This document shows positions 36,555 through 46,829 of a DNA stretch of 64,000 bases, one piece after another. The position numbers and the translations under genes were made by a program. The first letter of the stretch is position 1. Every line of letters starts with the position of its first letter. This DNA comes from Podarcis vaucheri (Eukaryota): assembly GCA_965113315.1 (NCBI GenBank), contig OZ220368.1; one strand, 5' to 3'. Below the pieces are notes generated by a model. It had not been told where the DNA came from. It made no database searches and was given only the letters and a program-made list of their open reading frames with translations.

Positions 36555-39500
36555 CCCTTCATGGATCACTGCCTTGCCGTGGCGAAGGGGCTTGAAGAAC
36601 TCAGAGAAGCTATGAACTACGCCGAGCAGGGCACACAAGATGAACAGGTCATAGTGGAGAGTTTTGACCAAACGTGATCCACCTGGAGTAGGAATCGGCA
36701 AGCCACTCCAGTATCCCTGCCAAGAAAACTCCATGGACAAAGACAACAGGCATATAAAAGTTATGACACTGGAAGATGAGCCCCTCAGGTCGGAAGGTGT
36801 CCAACATGCTACTGGGGAAGAGCGGAGGACAAGTACAAGTAGATCCAGAGCTGATGAAGCGGCTGGGCCAAAGCCGAAAGGACGCTCAGTTGTGGATATG
36901 CATGGAAGCGAAAGGAAAGTCCAATGCTGTAAAGAAAAATATTGCATAGGAACCTGGAATGTAAGAACCATGAACCTGGGTAAGTTGGAAAATGAGATGG
37001 CAAGAATAAATATTGACATCCTGGGCATCAGTGAGCTAAAATGGACGGGAATGGGCGAATTCAGTTCGGATGACTACCATATCTACTACTGTGGGCAAGA
37101 AACCCGTAAGAGAAATGGAGTGGCCCTCATAGTCAACAAAAGAGTGGCGAAAGCTGTACTGGGATGCAGTCTCAAAAATGATAGAATGATCTCGATACGA
37201 ATCCAAGGCAGACCTTTTAACATCACAGTAATCCAAGTTTATGCACCAACTACTGGTGCTGAAGAAACTGAAATTGACCAGTTCTATGAAGACTTACAAA
37301 ACCTTATCGAAGTGACACCAAAGAAGGATGTTCTGCTCATTATAGGGGATTGGAATGCTAAAGTAGGGAATCAAGAGATAAAAGGAACAACTGGCAAGTT
37401 TGGCCTTGGAGATCAAAACGAAGCAGGGCAAAGGCTAATAGAGTTCTGTCAAGAGAACAAGCTGGTCATCACAAACACGCTTTTCCAACAACACAAGAGA
37501 CGACTCTACACATGGACATCCCCAGATGGGCAACATCGAAATCAGATTGATTATATTCTCTGCAGCCAAAGATGGAGAAGCTCTATACAGTCAGCAAAAA
37601 CAAGACCTGGAGCTGACTGTGGCTCAGATCATCAGCTCCTTATAGCAAAATTCAAGCTTAAACTGAAGAAAGTAGGAAAAACCACTGGACAGGTAAGATA
37701 CAATCTAAACCAAATCCCTTATGAATACACAGTGGAAGTGAGGAACAGGTTTAAGGATTTAGATTTGCTGGACAGAGTGCCTGAAGAACTATGGATGGAG
37801 GCTCGCAACATTATACAGGAGGCAGCAACTAAAACCATCCCAATGAAAAAGAAATGCAAGAAAGCAAAGTGGCTGTCCAACGAGGCCTTACAAATAGCGG
37901 AGGAGAGAAGGCAAGCAAAATGCGAGGGAGATAGTGAAAGATACAGGAAATTGAATGCAGATTTCCAAAGAACAGCAAGGAGAGACAAGAAGGCCTTCTT
38001 AAACGAGCAATGCAAAGAAATAGAGGAAAGCAACAGAATGGGAAGAACCAGAGATCTGTTCAAGAAAATCGGAAATATGAAAGGAACATTTCGTACAAAG
38101 ATTACCATAATAAAGGACAAAAGTGGTAAAGATCTAACTGAAGCAGAAGACATCAAGAAGAGGTGGCAAGAATACACAGAGGAATTATACCAGAAATATA
38201 TGGATGTCTCGTACACCCCAGGTAGTGTGGTTGCTGACCTTGAGCCAGACATCCTGGAGAGTGAAGTCAAATGGGCCTTAGAAAGCACTGCAAATAACAA
38301 GGCCAGTGGAAGTGATGGTATTCCAGCTGAACTGTTTAAAATTTTAAAAGATGATGCTGTTAAGGTGCTACACTCAATATGCCAGCAAGTTTGGAAAACT
38401 CAGCAGTGGCCAGAGGATTGGAGAAGATCAGTCTACATTCCAATCCCAAAGAAAGGCAGTGCCAAAGAATGCTCCAACTACCGCACAATTTCACTCATTT
38501 CACATGCTAGCAAGGTTATGCTTAAAATTCTACAAGGAAGGCTCAAGCAGTATGTGGACCGAGAACTCCCAGAAGTGCAAGCTGGATTTAGAAGAGGCAG
38601 AGGAACCAGAGACCAAATTGCAAACATGCGCTGGATTATGGAGAAAGCCAGAGAGTTCCAGAAAGACATCTACTTCTGCTTCATTGACTATGCAAAAGCC
38701 TTTGACTGTGTTGACCACAGCAAACTATGGCAAGTTCTTAAAGAAATGGGAGTGCCTGATCACCTCATCTGTCTCCTGCGAAATCTCTATGTGGGACAAG
38801 AAGCTACAGTTAGAACTGGATATGGAACAACTGATTGGTTCCAAATTGGGAAAGGAGTACGGCAAGGCTGTATATTGTCTCCCTGCTTATTTAACTTATA
38901 TGCAGAATTCATCATGCGAAAGGCTGGGCTGGATGAATCCCAAGCCGGAATTAAGATTGCCGGAAGAAATATCAACAACCTCAGATATGCAGATGACACA
39001 ACCTTGATGGCAGAAAGTGAAGAGGAATTAAAGAACCTTTTAATGAGGGTGAAAGAGGAGAGCGCAAAATATGGTCTGAAGCTCAACATCAAAAAAACGA
39101 AGATCATGGCCACTGGGCCCATCACCTCCTGGCAAATAGATGGGGAAGAAATGGAGGCAGTGAGAGATTTTACTTTCTTGGGCTCCATGATCAGTGCAGA
39201 TGGTGACAGCAGTCACGAAATTAAAAGACGCCTGCTCCTTGGGAGAAAGGCGATGGCAAACCTAGACAACATCTTAAAAAGCAGAGACATCACCTTGCCA
39301 ACAAAGGTCCGTATAGTAAAAGCCATGGTTTTCCCAGTAGTGATGTATGGAAGTGAGAGCTGGACCATAAAGAAGGCTGATCGCCGAAGAATTGATGCTT
39401 TTGAATTATGGTGCTGGAGGAGACTCTTGAGAGTCCCATGGACTGCAAGAAGATCAAACCTCTCCATTCTGAAGGAAATCAGCCCGGAGTGCTCACTGGA

Positions 39501-39770
39501 AGGACAGATCGTGAAGCTGAGGCTCCAATACTTTGGCCACCTCATGAGAAGAGAGGACTCCCTGGAAAAGACCCTGATGTTGGGAAAGATGGAGGGCACA
39601 AGGAGAAGGGGACGACAGAGAATGAGATGGTTGGATGGTGTTCTTGAAGCTACTAGCATGAGTTTGATCAAACTGCGGGAGGCAGTGGAGGACAGAAGTG
39701 CCTGGCGTGCTCTGGTCCATGGGGTCACGAAGAGTCGGACACGACTAAACGACTAAACAACAACAACAAC
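36555..39770 (+). mobile_element. Full-length BovB (RTE clade) LINE
   Basis: 5' UTR, single ORF, (CAA)n tail; perfect 13-bp TSD attagatttcctc (36542-36554 / 39771-39783). Confidence 0.96.
36733..39756 (+). CDS. BovB ORF: APE endonuclease plus reverse transcriptase (1007 aa from first ATG; frame open from 36664)
   Basis: APE motifs GTWNVR, ISE, VYAPT, GDWNA, IDY, SDH; RT motifs QAGFR, DYAKAFD, GVRQG, YADD; no internal stops. Confidence 0.93.
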   Translation: MDKDNRHIKVMTLEDEPLRSEGVQHATGEERRTSTSRSRADEAAGPKPKGRSVVDMHGSERKVQCCKEKYCIGTWNVRTMNLGKLENEMARINIDILGISELKWTGMGEFSSDDYHIYYCGQETRKRNGVALIVNKRVAKAVLGCSLKNDRMISIRIQGRPFNITVIQVYAPTTGAEETEIDQFYEDLQNLIEVTPKKDVLLIIGDWNAKVGNQEIKGTTGKFGLGDQNEAGQRLIEFCQENKLVITNTLFQQHKRRLYTWTSPDGQHRNQIDYILCSQRWRSSIQSAKTRPGADCGSDHQLLIAKFKLKLKKVGKTTGQVRYNLNQIPYEYTVEVRNRFKDLDLLDRVPEELWMEARNIIQEAATKTIPMKKKCKKAKWLSNEALQIAEERRQAKCEGDSERYRKLNADFQRTARRDKKAFLNEQCKEIEESNRMGRTRDLFKKIGNMKGTFRTKITIIKDKSGKDLTEAEDIKKRWQEYTEELYQKYMDVSYTPGSVVADLEPDILESEVKWALESTANNKASGSDGIPAELFKILKDDAVKVLHSICQQVWKTQQWPEDWRRSVYIPIPKKGSAKECSNYRTISLISHASKVMLKILQGRLKQYVDRELPEVQAGFRRGRGTRDQIANMRWIMEKAREFQKDIYFCFIDYAKAFDCVDHSKLWQVLKEMGVPDHLICLLRNLYVGQEATVRTGYGTTDWFQIGKGVRQGCILSPCLFNLYAEFIMRKAGLDESQAGIKIAGRNINNLRYADDTTLMAESEEELKNLLMRVKEESAKYGLKLNIKKTKIMATGPITSWQIDGEEMEAVRDFTFLGSMISADGDSSHEIKRRLLLGRKAMANLDNILKSRDITLPTKVRIVKAMVFPVVMYGSESWTIKKADRRRIDAFELWCWRRLLRVPWTARRSNLSILKEISPECSLEGQIVKLRLQYFGHLMRREDSLEKTLMLGKMEGTRRRGRQRMRWLDGVLEATSMSLIKLREAVEDRSAWRALVHGVTKSRTRLND

Positions 39771-39795
39771 ATTAGATTTCCTCTCCTCTCCTCTC

Positions 39796-40733
39796 CTTAT
39801 TCAACATCTTTATCAACGACTTGGATGATGGACTCAAGGGCATCCTGATCAAATTTGCAGATGACACCAAACTGGGAGGGGTGGCTAACACCCCAGAGGA
39901 CAGGATCACACTTCAAAACGGCCTTGGCAGATTAGAGAACTGGGCCAAAACAAACAAGATGAATTTTAACAGGGAGAAATGTAAAGTATTGCACTTGGGC
40001 AAAAAAAATGAGAGGCACAAATACAAGAGGGGTGACACCTGGCTTGAGAGCAGTACATGTGAAAAGGATCTAGGAGTCTTGGTTGACCACAAACTTGACA
40101 TGAGCCAACAGTGTGACGCGGCAGCTAAAAAAGCCAATGCAATTCTGGGCCTCATCAATAGGAGTATAGCATCTAGATCAAGGGAAGTAATAGTGCCACT
40201 GTATTCTGCTCTGGTCAGACCTCACCTGGAGTACTGTGTCCAGTTCTGGGCACCACAGTTCAAGAAGGACACTGACAAACTGGAACGTGTCCAGAGGAGG
40301 GCAACCAAAATGGTCAAAGGCCTGGAAACGATGCCTTATGAGGAACGGCTAAGGGAGCTGGGCATGTTTAGCCTGGAGAAGAGGAGGTTAAGGGGTGATA
40401 TGATAGCCATGTTCAAATATATAAAAGGATGTCACATAGAGGAGGGAGAAAGGTTGTTTTCTGCTGCTCCAGAGAAGCGGACACGGAGCAATGGATCCAA
40501 ACTACAAGAAAGAAGATTCCACCTAAACATTAGGAAGAACTTCCTGACAGTAAGAGCTGTTCGACAGTGGAATTTGCTGCCAAGGAGTGTGGTGGAGTCT
40601 CCTGCTTTGGAGGTCTTTAAGCAGAGGCTTGACAACCATATGTCAGGAGTGCTCTGATGGTGTTTCCTGCTTGGCAGGGGGTTGGACTCGATGGCCCTTG
40701 TGGTCTCTTCCAACTCTATGATTCTATGATTCT
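39796..40733 (+). mobile_element. Young CR1 LINE, 5'-truncated
   Basis: Open frame 39821-40657 with FADD and the CR1 C-terminus; (ATTCTATG)n tail. Confidence 0.93.
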
Positions 40734-40960
40734 CAAGTCTCCTCTTTTCCAGGCTAAACATACCCAACTCTTTGAGCCATTCCTAATAAACATTGGTTTT
40801 CAGACTCCTTAAATCATCTTGGTCACCCTCCTTTGCACACGTTCCAGCTTGTCAATACCCTTCTTAAATTGTGGTACCCGAATTGGGCACAATACTCCAC
40901 ATGTGCTGTGACTAAGGTAGAATAAAGCAGCACTATTATTTCTCTTGATCTGGACACTTA
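40734..40960 (-). mobile_element. Old CR1, part 2
   Basis: Minus-strand translation ...PQFKKGIDKLERVQRRVTKMI... and [10 protein letters not shown] continues 36208-36554. Confidence 0.8.
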
Positions 40961-41863
40961 TGGTAGTGCCCAGGTCAAGGTAGCTTATGCCTACTTGCAC
41001 CTCTTTGTGCACCTATTAGTTCTGGCAATGCATTTTGTTAACAGGCAAGTCTAATCATAGTTACTATCTCCTTGAGTTTAGAACAAGTACAAAATTCAAA
41101 ATGTAATGTGAGAAAATATCCTAACCTTTAGTTTGAATATGGTAGGATTATTTTAGATTCTACACCTCAGGCATACTTCTTAAGAACATATGCTCCAAAG
41201 TATCTTGTTTTCAAGTCGATTTTTTAAGGACCAATCTAAAATAGAGCTTTAGGCATATGAAACATTGTCAAACTAATGGGAGAGGCTATGAATATTGTTA
41301 CCAAGACACCTAAAAACAGGGTCTACTGGAAAAGCTAAAGTTTCATTGCAGTTTTCTCTATAAATATGTTGCATGCCATATCTAACTTAGATTCTGTTTC
41401 CTGTAATTTCTGTGCTAATGGAATTCTCCATTGGATAAGAAATTCCTGACCTAATATACCATAGGTATACTGAGAACATAATTTCTCCTCACCATCTACG
41501 TGATTGTATTTTCAGTGGTCTCATCTTGGTTTAGTCCACAGTATCTAAATGCAGGAGAATGGATTGGCAAGGAAATGGAAACATCTGTCAAATTTTTATC
41601 TATGCCTTGAATTATTTTTGTGTTAATCATTCTTCTAATCTTGAGACAGCTTGCTTGAGGCTAAAGTCTTTACCTTTAAAAATTCCATCTGCCTTACTTC
41701 AGGACTTTTATATCAATTGACATTCTTAGAGAAAAGCACAGTTTTGGAAGATTTTGTCAGGAGCTTCAACAATAAGGAGCTATAATTACATAAATTCAAT
41801 GTCACTGTATTCTGAGTGATGGGCAGAGCAATTGTAAGCATATTTACTCAGGAGTAAGTTACA

Positions 41864-42213
41864 GGGACGCAGGTAGTGCTGTGGTCTAAACCACTGAGCC
41901 TAGGGCTTGCTGATCAGAAGGTTGACAGTTCGAATCCCCACGACGGGGTGAGCTCCCGTTGTTCGGTCCCAGCTCTTGCCAACCTAGCAGTTCGAAAGCA
42001 TGTCAAAGTGCAAGTAGATAAATAGGTACTACTCCAGCGGGAAGGTAAACGGCGTTTCCGTGCGCTGTTCTGGTTTGCCAGAAGCAGCTTAGTCATGCTG
42101 GCCACATGACCCGGAAGCTGTACGCCGGCTCCCTCGGCCAATAAAGCGAGATGAGCGCAGCAACCCCAGAGTCGCCCACGACTGGGCTTAACAGTCAGGG
42201 GTCCCTTTACCTT
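41864..42213 (+). mobile_element. Sauria SINE (subfamily A)
   Basis: tRNA-like head gggacgc..., B-box gttcgaatcc, (ACCTTT) tail, TSD taagttaca. Confidence 0.92.
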
Positions 42214-42266
42214 TAAGTTACATTACATCCAATAGGATTTCTCCACTAGTAAGTGTGCTAAGGATT

Positions 42267-42415
42267 GTTGGCATCCGTCTTTCGGGAGACAAAGGAGGCG
42301 TGCACATTTTGGGGTGAAGTCAAACTGTTGGAAGGTTGCAGTGCCTGCTGTGACTGTAGAGACCAATACTGGAGAGATATGTTTTGTTGCAGGTGGGGCA
42401 GATGAAGGCGTCTGG
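42267..42415 (-). mobile_element. RTE-clade LINE (non-BovB) 3' end
   Basis: Minus strand gives AFICPTCNKTYLSSIGLYSHSRHC (RTE C-terminal zinc finger), then a short 3' UTR ending gacggatgccaacaa. Confidence 0.7.
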
Positions 42416-42426
42416 TTGTGCTGATG

Positions 42427-42562
42427 CAGGCTTCCTCAACCTCGACCCTCCAGATGTTTTTGACCTACAACTCCCATGATCCCTAGGTAGCAGGACCAGT
42501 GGGCAGGGATGATGGAAATTGTAGTCTCAAAATATCTGGAGGGCCGAGGTTGAGGAAGCCTG
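42427..42562. mobile_element. Palindromic hAT-type MITE
   Basis: TIR caggcttcctcaacctcg/cgaggttgaggaagcctg; same body as 10448-10582. Confidence 0.8.
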
Positions 42563-42579
42563 CCCTAAACCATCACTAT

Positions 42580-43060
42580 AACCTAGGATCCCAAGTGAAC
42601 TGCAGATCCAGAAGCACCCAATGACTACAAGCATGGGAGGTCTGTCTTTGGGGGTAATGGAGGTCTGTCTTGGGGGGGTAAACCCAGTCTACAATGGAAG
42701 TGTCAAGCTCTTCCAGGTCACATAGCCAGTTGACCACCATTACTTTTGTCTTGTAAAGATTTAGCTTCAGCCAGCTCGCTATGAACATGCATTGGATAAA
42801 ACACCAGTGCCTGAATCATGAAAAAATAGAAGCACAGTTAAGAGTCATCAGCATTTGGGTGAAAACTAACAGCATACCTTGTAGGAATTTCACAGGCAGT
42901 TTGTAGAAGAGAGGGGACAAGGTGGATCTTTTGCAGGACCAAGAGGGAATTTTATAGGAAGATGCCAAGCCATTTGGGACCTGCTAGCAACAAACAAGTA
43001 GTATCAAGAGCAGTCCAAAAGCCTCAAGCTCCTGCAGTTATAACACCCATACATCAGGAA
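42580..43060 (-). mobile_element. Old L2 RT relic
   Basis: Minus strand holds a degenerate (Y)ADD and WLKLNLYKTKVM. Confidence 0.55.
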
Positions 43061-43503
43061 TCAACAACACCAAGAGCAACAAAATGGTTTGGGAAGATTG
43101 GTTGGCATTAAAATAAAATAAAATAAAATAAATAAGACAAGACAAGACAAGCAGCCAGTAGTGCAGTATCCATTCCATGTCTGAGACACCTGTAGAATTT
43201 GATCTTTACAAGTTCTAATATGAACTGATCTGATTTGCACCTCAGGCAATGATTTGCAGGACAGAACTTAAAGTACAATCCTAGCCTAAAGTGCAATGTC
43301 TACTCAGAAGTAAGCCCTAATGAATTCAGTGGGCCTTAATCCCAGGTAAGTGAAGGTGGGATTGCAGTCCTAGTTAATCACTGCACTTCTCAGTTGTTCT
43401 CATTTATTTCTCAGCTCATAGTCTAAATACAGGGGGATAAAATAATATAAGTATTTTTAAAGTGGATTTTCATGTTTTTATGTGTATGTTTTAATAAACA
43501 GTA

Positions 43504-43737
43504 AAGGTAAAGGTAAAGGTACCCCTGCCCGAACGGGCCAGTCTTGACAGACTGTGGGGTTTGTGCGCCCATCTCACATCTATTGGCCGGGGGCCAGCGC
43601 TGTCCGGGGACACTTCCGGGTCACGTGGCCAGCGTGACATCGCTGCTCTGGCGAGCCAGAGCCGCACACGGAACGCCGTTTACCTTCCCGCTGGTAAGCG
43701 GTACCTATTTATCTACTTGCCCCCGGGGGTGCTTTCG
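43504..43737 (-). mobile_element. Sauria SINE (subfamily B), 5'-truncated
   Basis: (AAAGGT)n tail; near-identical to 51087-51444; TSD aaacagta. Confidence 0.9.
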
Positions 43738-43864
43738 AAACAGTAGATTATTACAAAAATGGAACAGAATGAAATCATGGCTGAGCACAAGCACTAGTGA
43801 CACAGACTGAAAAGGGACTGATTCAGCCATTGCTAGGTTGAAAGCTAGACTGGTTGATTTATAG

Positions 43865-44226
43865 CAGGGGTGTCCAACAGATAGATCACAATCTACTGGT
43901 AGATCCCCGTGAGGTTTTGGTAGATCGCGGTCGATCTCTTGCTCCCTTTCCTTAGTGCTCCATCACCCCGCCCTCCATTGTTGTTTGATATGTTTTCATC
44001 CATAGTGATCTTTTTGTGAGTGACTTTACTCCTTTGTACCTTCCCTTTAACCCCCCAAAAAACGGAAGTTCCCCCCAAAGGTTTTTTAATCCCTGAAAAA
44101 CAGGGTTTTTTCCTCCCTTGAAAAAGCTCAACAACCTTGAGCTGAACCCCCCAAAATGGGGGTAGATCACTGCCAGTCTTTAATTGTGAATGTAGATCAC
44201 AGTCTCTTGAGAGTTGGCCACCTCTG
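43865..44226. mobile_element. hAT-type MITE
   Basis: Termini caggggtgtccaac/gttggccacctctg; 7/8 TSD atttat(a/g)g; repeated gtagatc subterminal motifs. Confidence 0.75.
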
Positions 44227-44591
44227 ATTTATGGGAAGCTGCGGTTATCTATGAATGCCTAAAGCTGCTAGGCAGCCACCTGCTAAACTACTTGGTCCCA
44301 AAAAGGAAGTTGGGAATTGACAATATCTGACTAGGGAATCCATATCCAAGTTCATTTTTTAAAAAATAAAAAGAACAGAAGCTGAACAAATCATTGGGAA
44401 TGTTTTCCTATCAAAATATACAGCCAAATGTCACTCAATCTTGACCTTACCTGCTATTTCAAAGCGGAGATGCATTCCATCAGTCAGAGCATCTCTCTAT
44501 GCAGGAGACAGACTGGAAACCAAGTCCAAATTTCATTCCCTCTTCACAGTGCACAGTATAGAATAGTGTAGTTCAGAATAGAAATCAGGTT

Positions 44592-44606
44592 CTTTCTTTC
44601 TTTCTT

Positions 44607-44645
<39 letters not shown>
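44592..44645. repeat. (CTTT)n(CT)n microsatellite
   Basis: Direct reading. Confidence 0.95.
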
Positions 44646-44646
<1 letters not shown>

Positions 44647-44972
44647 GACTTTGGCTAGTTCATAAAATATGTTTTTGAAAGTTAACCCACCTATTGAGTG
44701 GCATATGCTGCTTGGGTTTTGAAAGAAGTGCCTATCACTGGAATTGTCACATATATTAGTGTTAGTTGGCATGATGTTCATACATATCTTATTAAGCTCT
44801 TTGCTTAAAGTCTTTAGATTTCAGGGATATACTTGACAGCCCCCAACTGTTGGACATTCTTGAGGGTTTCACATCAGTGGAGAACATAGTGTTACTTGAC
44901 AGCTGCATCTGACTAGGAAATTTAAAAGTAGTTTACTCTCCTTGCCTGTTTTGTAATGGCCACTGATGGGTG

Positions 44973-45115
44973 NNNNNNNNNNNNNNNNNNNNNNNNNNNN
45001 NNNNNNNNNNNNNNNNNNNNNNNNNNNNNNNNNNNNNNNNNNNNNNNNNNNNNNNNNNNNNNNNNNNNNNNNNNNNNNNNNNNNNNNNNNNNNNNNNNNN
45101 NNNNNNNNNNNNNNN
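44973..45115. other. Assembly gap (143 N)
   Basis: Run of N. Confidence 1.
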
Positions 45116-45146
45116 TGTCTTCCCGTGTAAGAGTCGGGGTGTCTGT

Positions 45147-45184
45147 GCGACGTTTCGACGAGGTCTCACTCGTCATCTTCAGGC
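45147..45184 (-). ncRNA. Minimal hammerhead ribozyme core (inverted arm)
   Basis: Reverse complement of 46649-46686. Confidence 0.6.
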
Positions 45185-45834
45185 TGGTGCTTTCGGCTTC
45201 TTGTTACTGGAACAGAGCAGAATCTGGTGTTTGAGTTCCTATAAATACTGTTGAGGGGTGTGGTGTATAGCCTCCAACGTTCTGGGCAGAGAGGAAGTTC
45301 CTAGATTAGTGTGCCTCTTCTTCTTTTGTTCCTTAATTACTTGAGGGATATCTTGAGTGATTTCATGAGTGATATTCTGAATACCACTGGGTGGGTCATT
45401 AAGTGTAGATTAGTTGCTAAAGCTTTTGTGTCTTGACCTCTTGAGCTTGTGAAGAGTTTTTCTGAGAAGATGGCTGTGCTGCATTTAGTTGTGCTCTGGC
45501 TTGGCTTCGTGTATAGGGGCGAGCTGTGGTTTTGTGCCTTGTGCCAGCCAGATCTGTGTAGGGATTGCAGGGGGGTGCAGCATCCGGAGGTGCCACTATA
45601 GTTTGGCTACTGGATGGAGTCTGTAATATGTCTGTGGAGAGGGTCTGGGTTTGGGTCTGGTGTGGTTGATTGGTGACGGCGTTCTGTGTGCCTCTGGTTC
45701 TGGTGTCGGTTTTTGTGGGGAGGGCTAATTTCCAGATGTCTGGCAGGCGGGACGTGTCGTCACGCTTGTTCATGTTGTGAGGGTGTTTCTCTATCTCGAT
45801 GGCTTCCATGATTATTCTCTTGTGGTGATGTTCC

Positions 45835-46416
45835 TGCCCAGCCACGTACATTGGACAAACAAACAGACGAATAAATGCACGTATCGCAGAACACAAGAAT
45901 GCCGTCAAAAAAGAAGAAAAAACTTCCTCTCTTTTCCAACACATGAAAGAAACAGGACACGAAATTAATTTTGCAGATTCCAAATTGCTCTTTAACATGG
46001 AACATCACCACAAGAGAATAATCATGGAAGCCATCGAGATAGAGAAACACCCTCACAACATGAACAAGCGTGACGACACGTCCCGCCTGCCAGACATCTG
46101 GAAATTAGCCCTCCCCACAAAAACCGACACCAGAACCAGAGGCACACAGAACGCCGTCACCAATCAACCACACCAGACCCAAACCCAGACCCTCTCCACA
46201 GACATATTACAGACTCCATCCAGTAGCCAAACTATAGTGGCACCTCCGGATGCTGCACCCCCCTGCAATCCCTACACAGATCTGGCTGGCACAAGGCACA
46301 AAACCACAGCTCGCCCCTATACACGAAGCCAAGCCAGAGCACAACTAAATGCAGCACAGCCATCTTCTCAGAAAAACTCTTCACAAGCTCAAGAGGTCAA
46401 GACACAAAAGCTTTAG
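45835..46416 (+). CDS. Penelope ORF C-terminus: partial GIY-YIG endonuclease plus low-complexity tail (no start)
   Basis: Frame reads CPATYIGQTNRRINARIAEHKN...HMKETGH...IIMEAIEIEKHPHNMNK (YIG, R, H, E and N motifs). Confidence 0.75.
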   Translation, partial: CPATYIGQTNRRINARIAEHKNAVKKEEKTSSLFQHMKETGHEINFADSKLLFNMEHHHKRIIMEAIEIEKHPHNMNKRDDTSRLPDIWKLALPTKTDTRTRGTQNAVTNQPHQTQTQTLSTDILQTPSSSQTIVAPPDAAPPCNPYTDLAGTRHKTTARPYTRSQARAQLNAAQPSSQKNSSQAQEVKTQKL

Positions 46417-46648
46417 CAACTAATCTACACTTAATGACCCACCCAGTGGTATTCAGAATATCACTCATGAAATCACTCAAGATATCCCTCAAGTAATTAA
46501 GGAACAAAAGAAGAAGAGGCACACTAATCTAGGAACTTCCTCTCTGCCCAGAACGTTGGAGGCTATACACCACACCCCTCAACAGTATTTATAGGAACTC
46601 AAACACCAGATTCTGCTCTGTTCCAGTAACAAGAAGCCGAAAGCACCA

Positions 46649-46686
46649 GCCTGAAGATGACGAGTGAGACCTCGTCGAAACGTCGC
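46649..46686 (+). ncRNA. Minimal hammerhead ribozyme core
   Basis: GC-CUGAAGA-U-GACGAG-UGAGAC-CUCGUC-GAAA-CGUC-GC: 6-bp stem II, palindromic ACGU stem III, GUC triplet; stem I only 2 bp. Confidence 0.6.
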
Positions 46687-46768
46687 ACAGACACCCCGAC
46701 TCTTACACGGGAAGACACCCGAAGACACCAAAACCTGCATTCCTGTACCCGTGAAAATCTACGAAAGC

Positions 46769-46823
<55 letters not shown>

Positions 46824-46829
46824 TGTGTA
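46769..46829. repeat. (AT)n(GT)n microsatellite at the Penelope 3' junction
   Basis: Direct reading. Confidence 0.9.

Larger units (their letters stand above)
45116..46770 (+). mobile_element. Penelope-like element, 5'-truncated, with inverted pseudo-LTR
   Basis: GIY-YIG endonuclease remnant; arms 45116-45834 and 45999-46717 are reverse complements; hammerhead core in each arm. Confidence 0.9.

Noticed and set aside
36554-36640. Possible HDV-like ribozyme in the BovB 5' UTR
   Set aside because: A terminal hairpin is visible, but I could not fit the P1.1/P2/P4 pseudoknot elements.
37719-39728. Long antisense and alternate-frame ORFs over BovB (also over L2 and CR1)
   Set aside because: Shadow frames of retroelement ORFs with no independent motifs.
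45417-45998. 193-aa minus-strand ORF
   Set aside because: Chimera of the antisense spacer and the inverted copy of the Penelope C-terminus.
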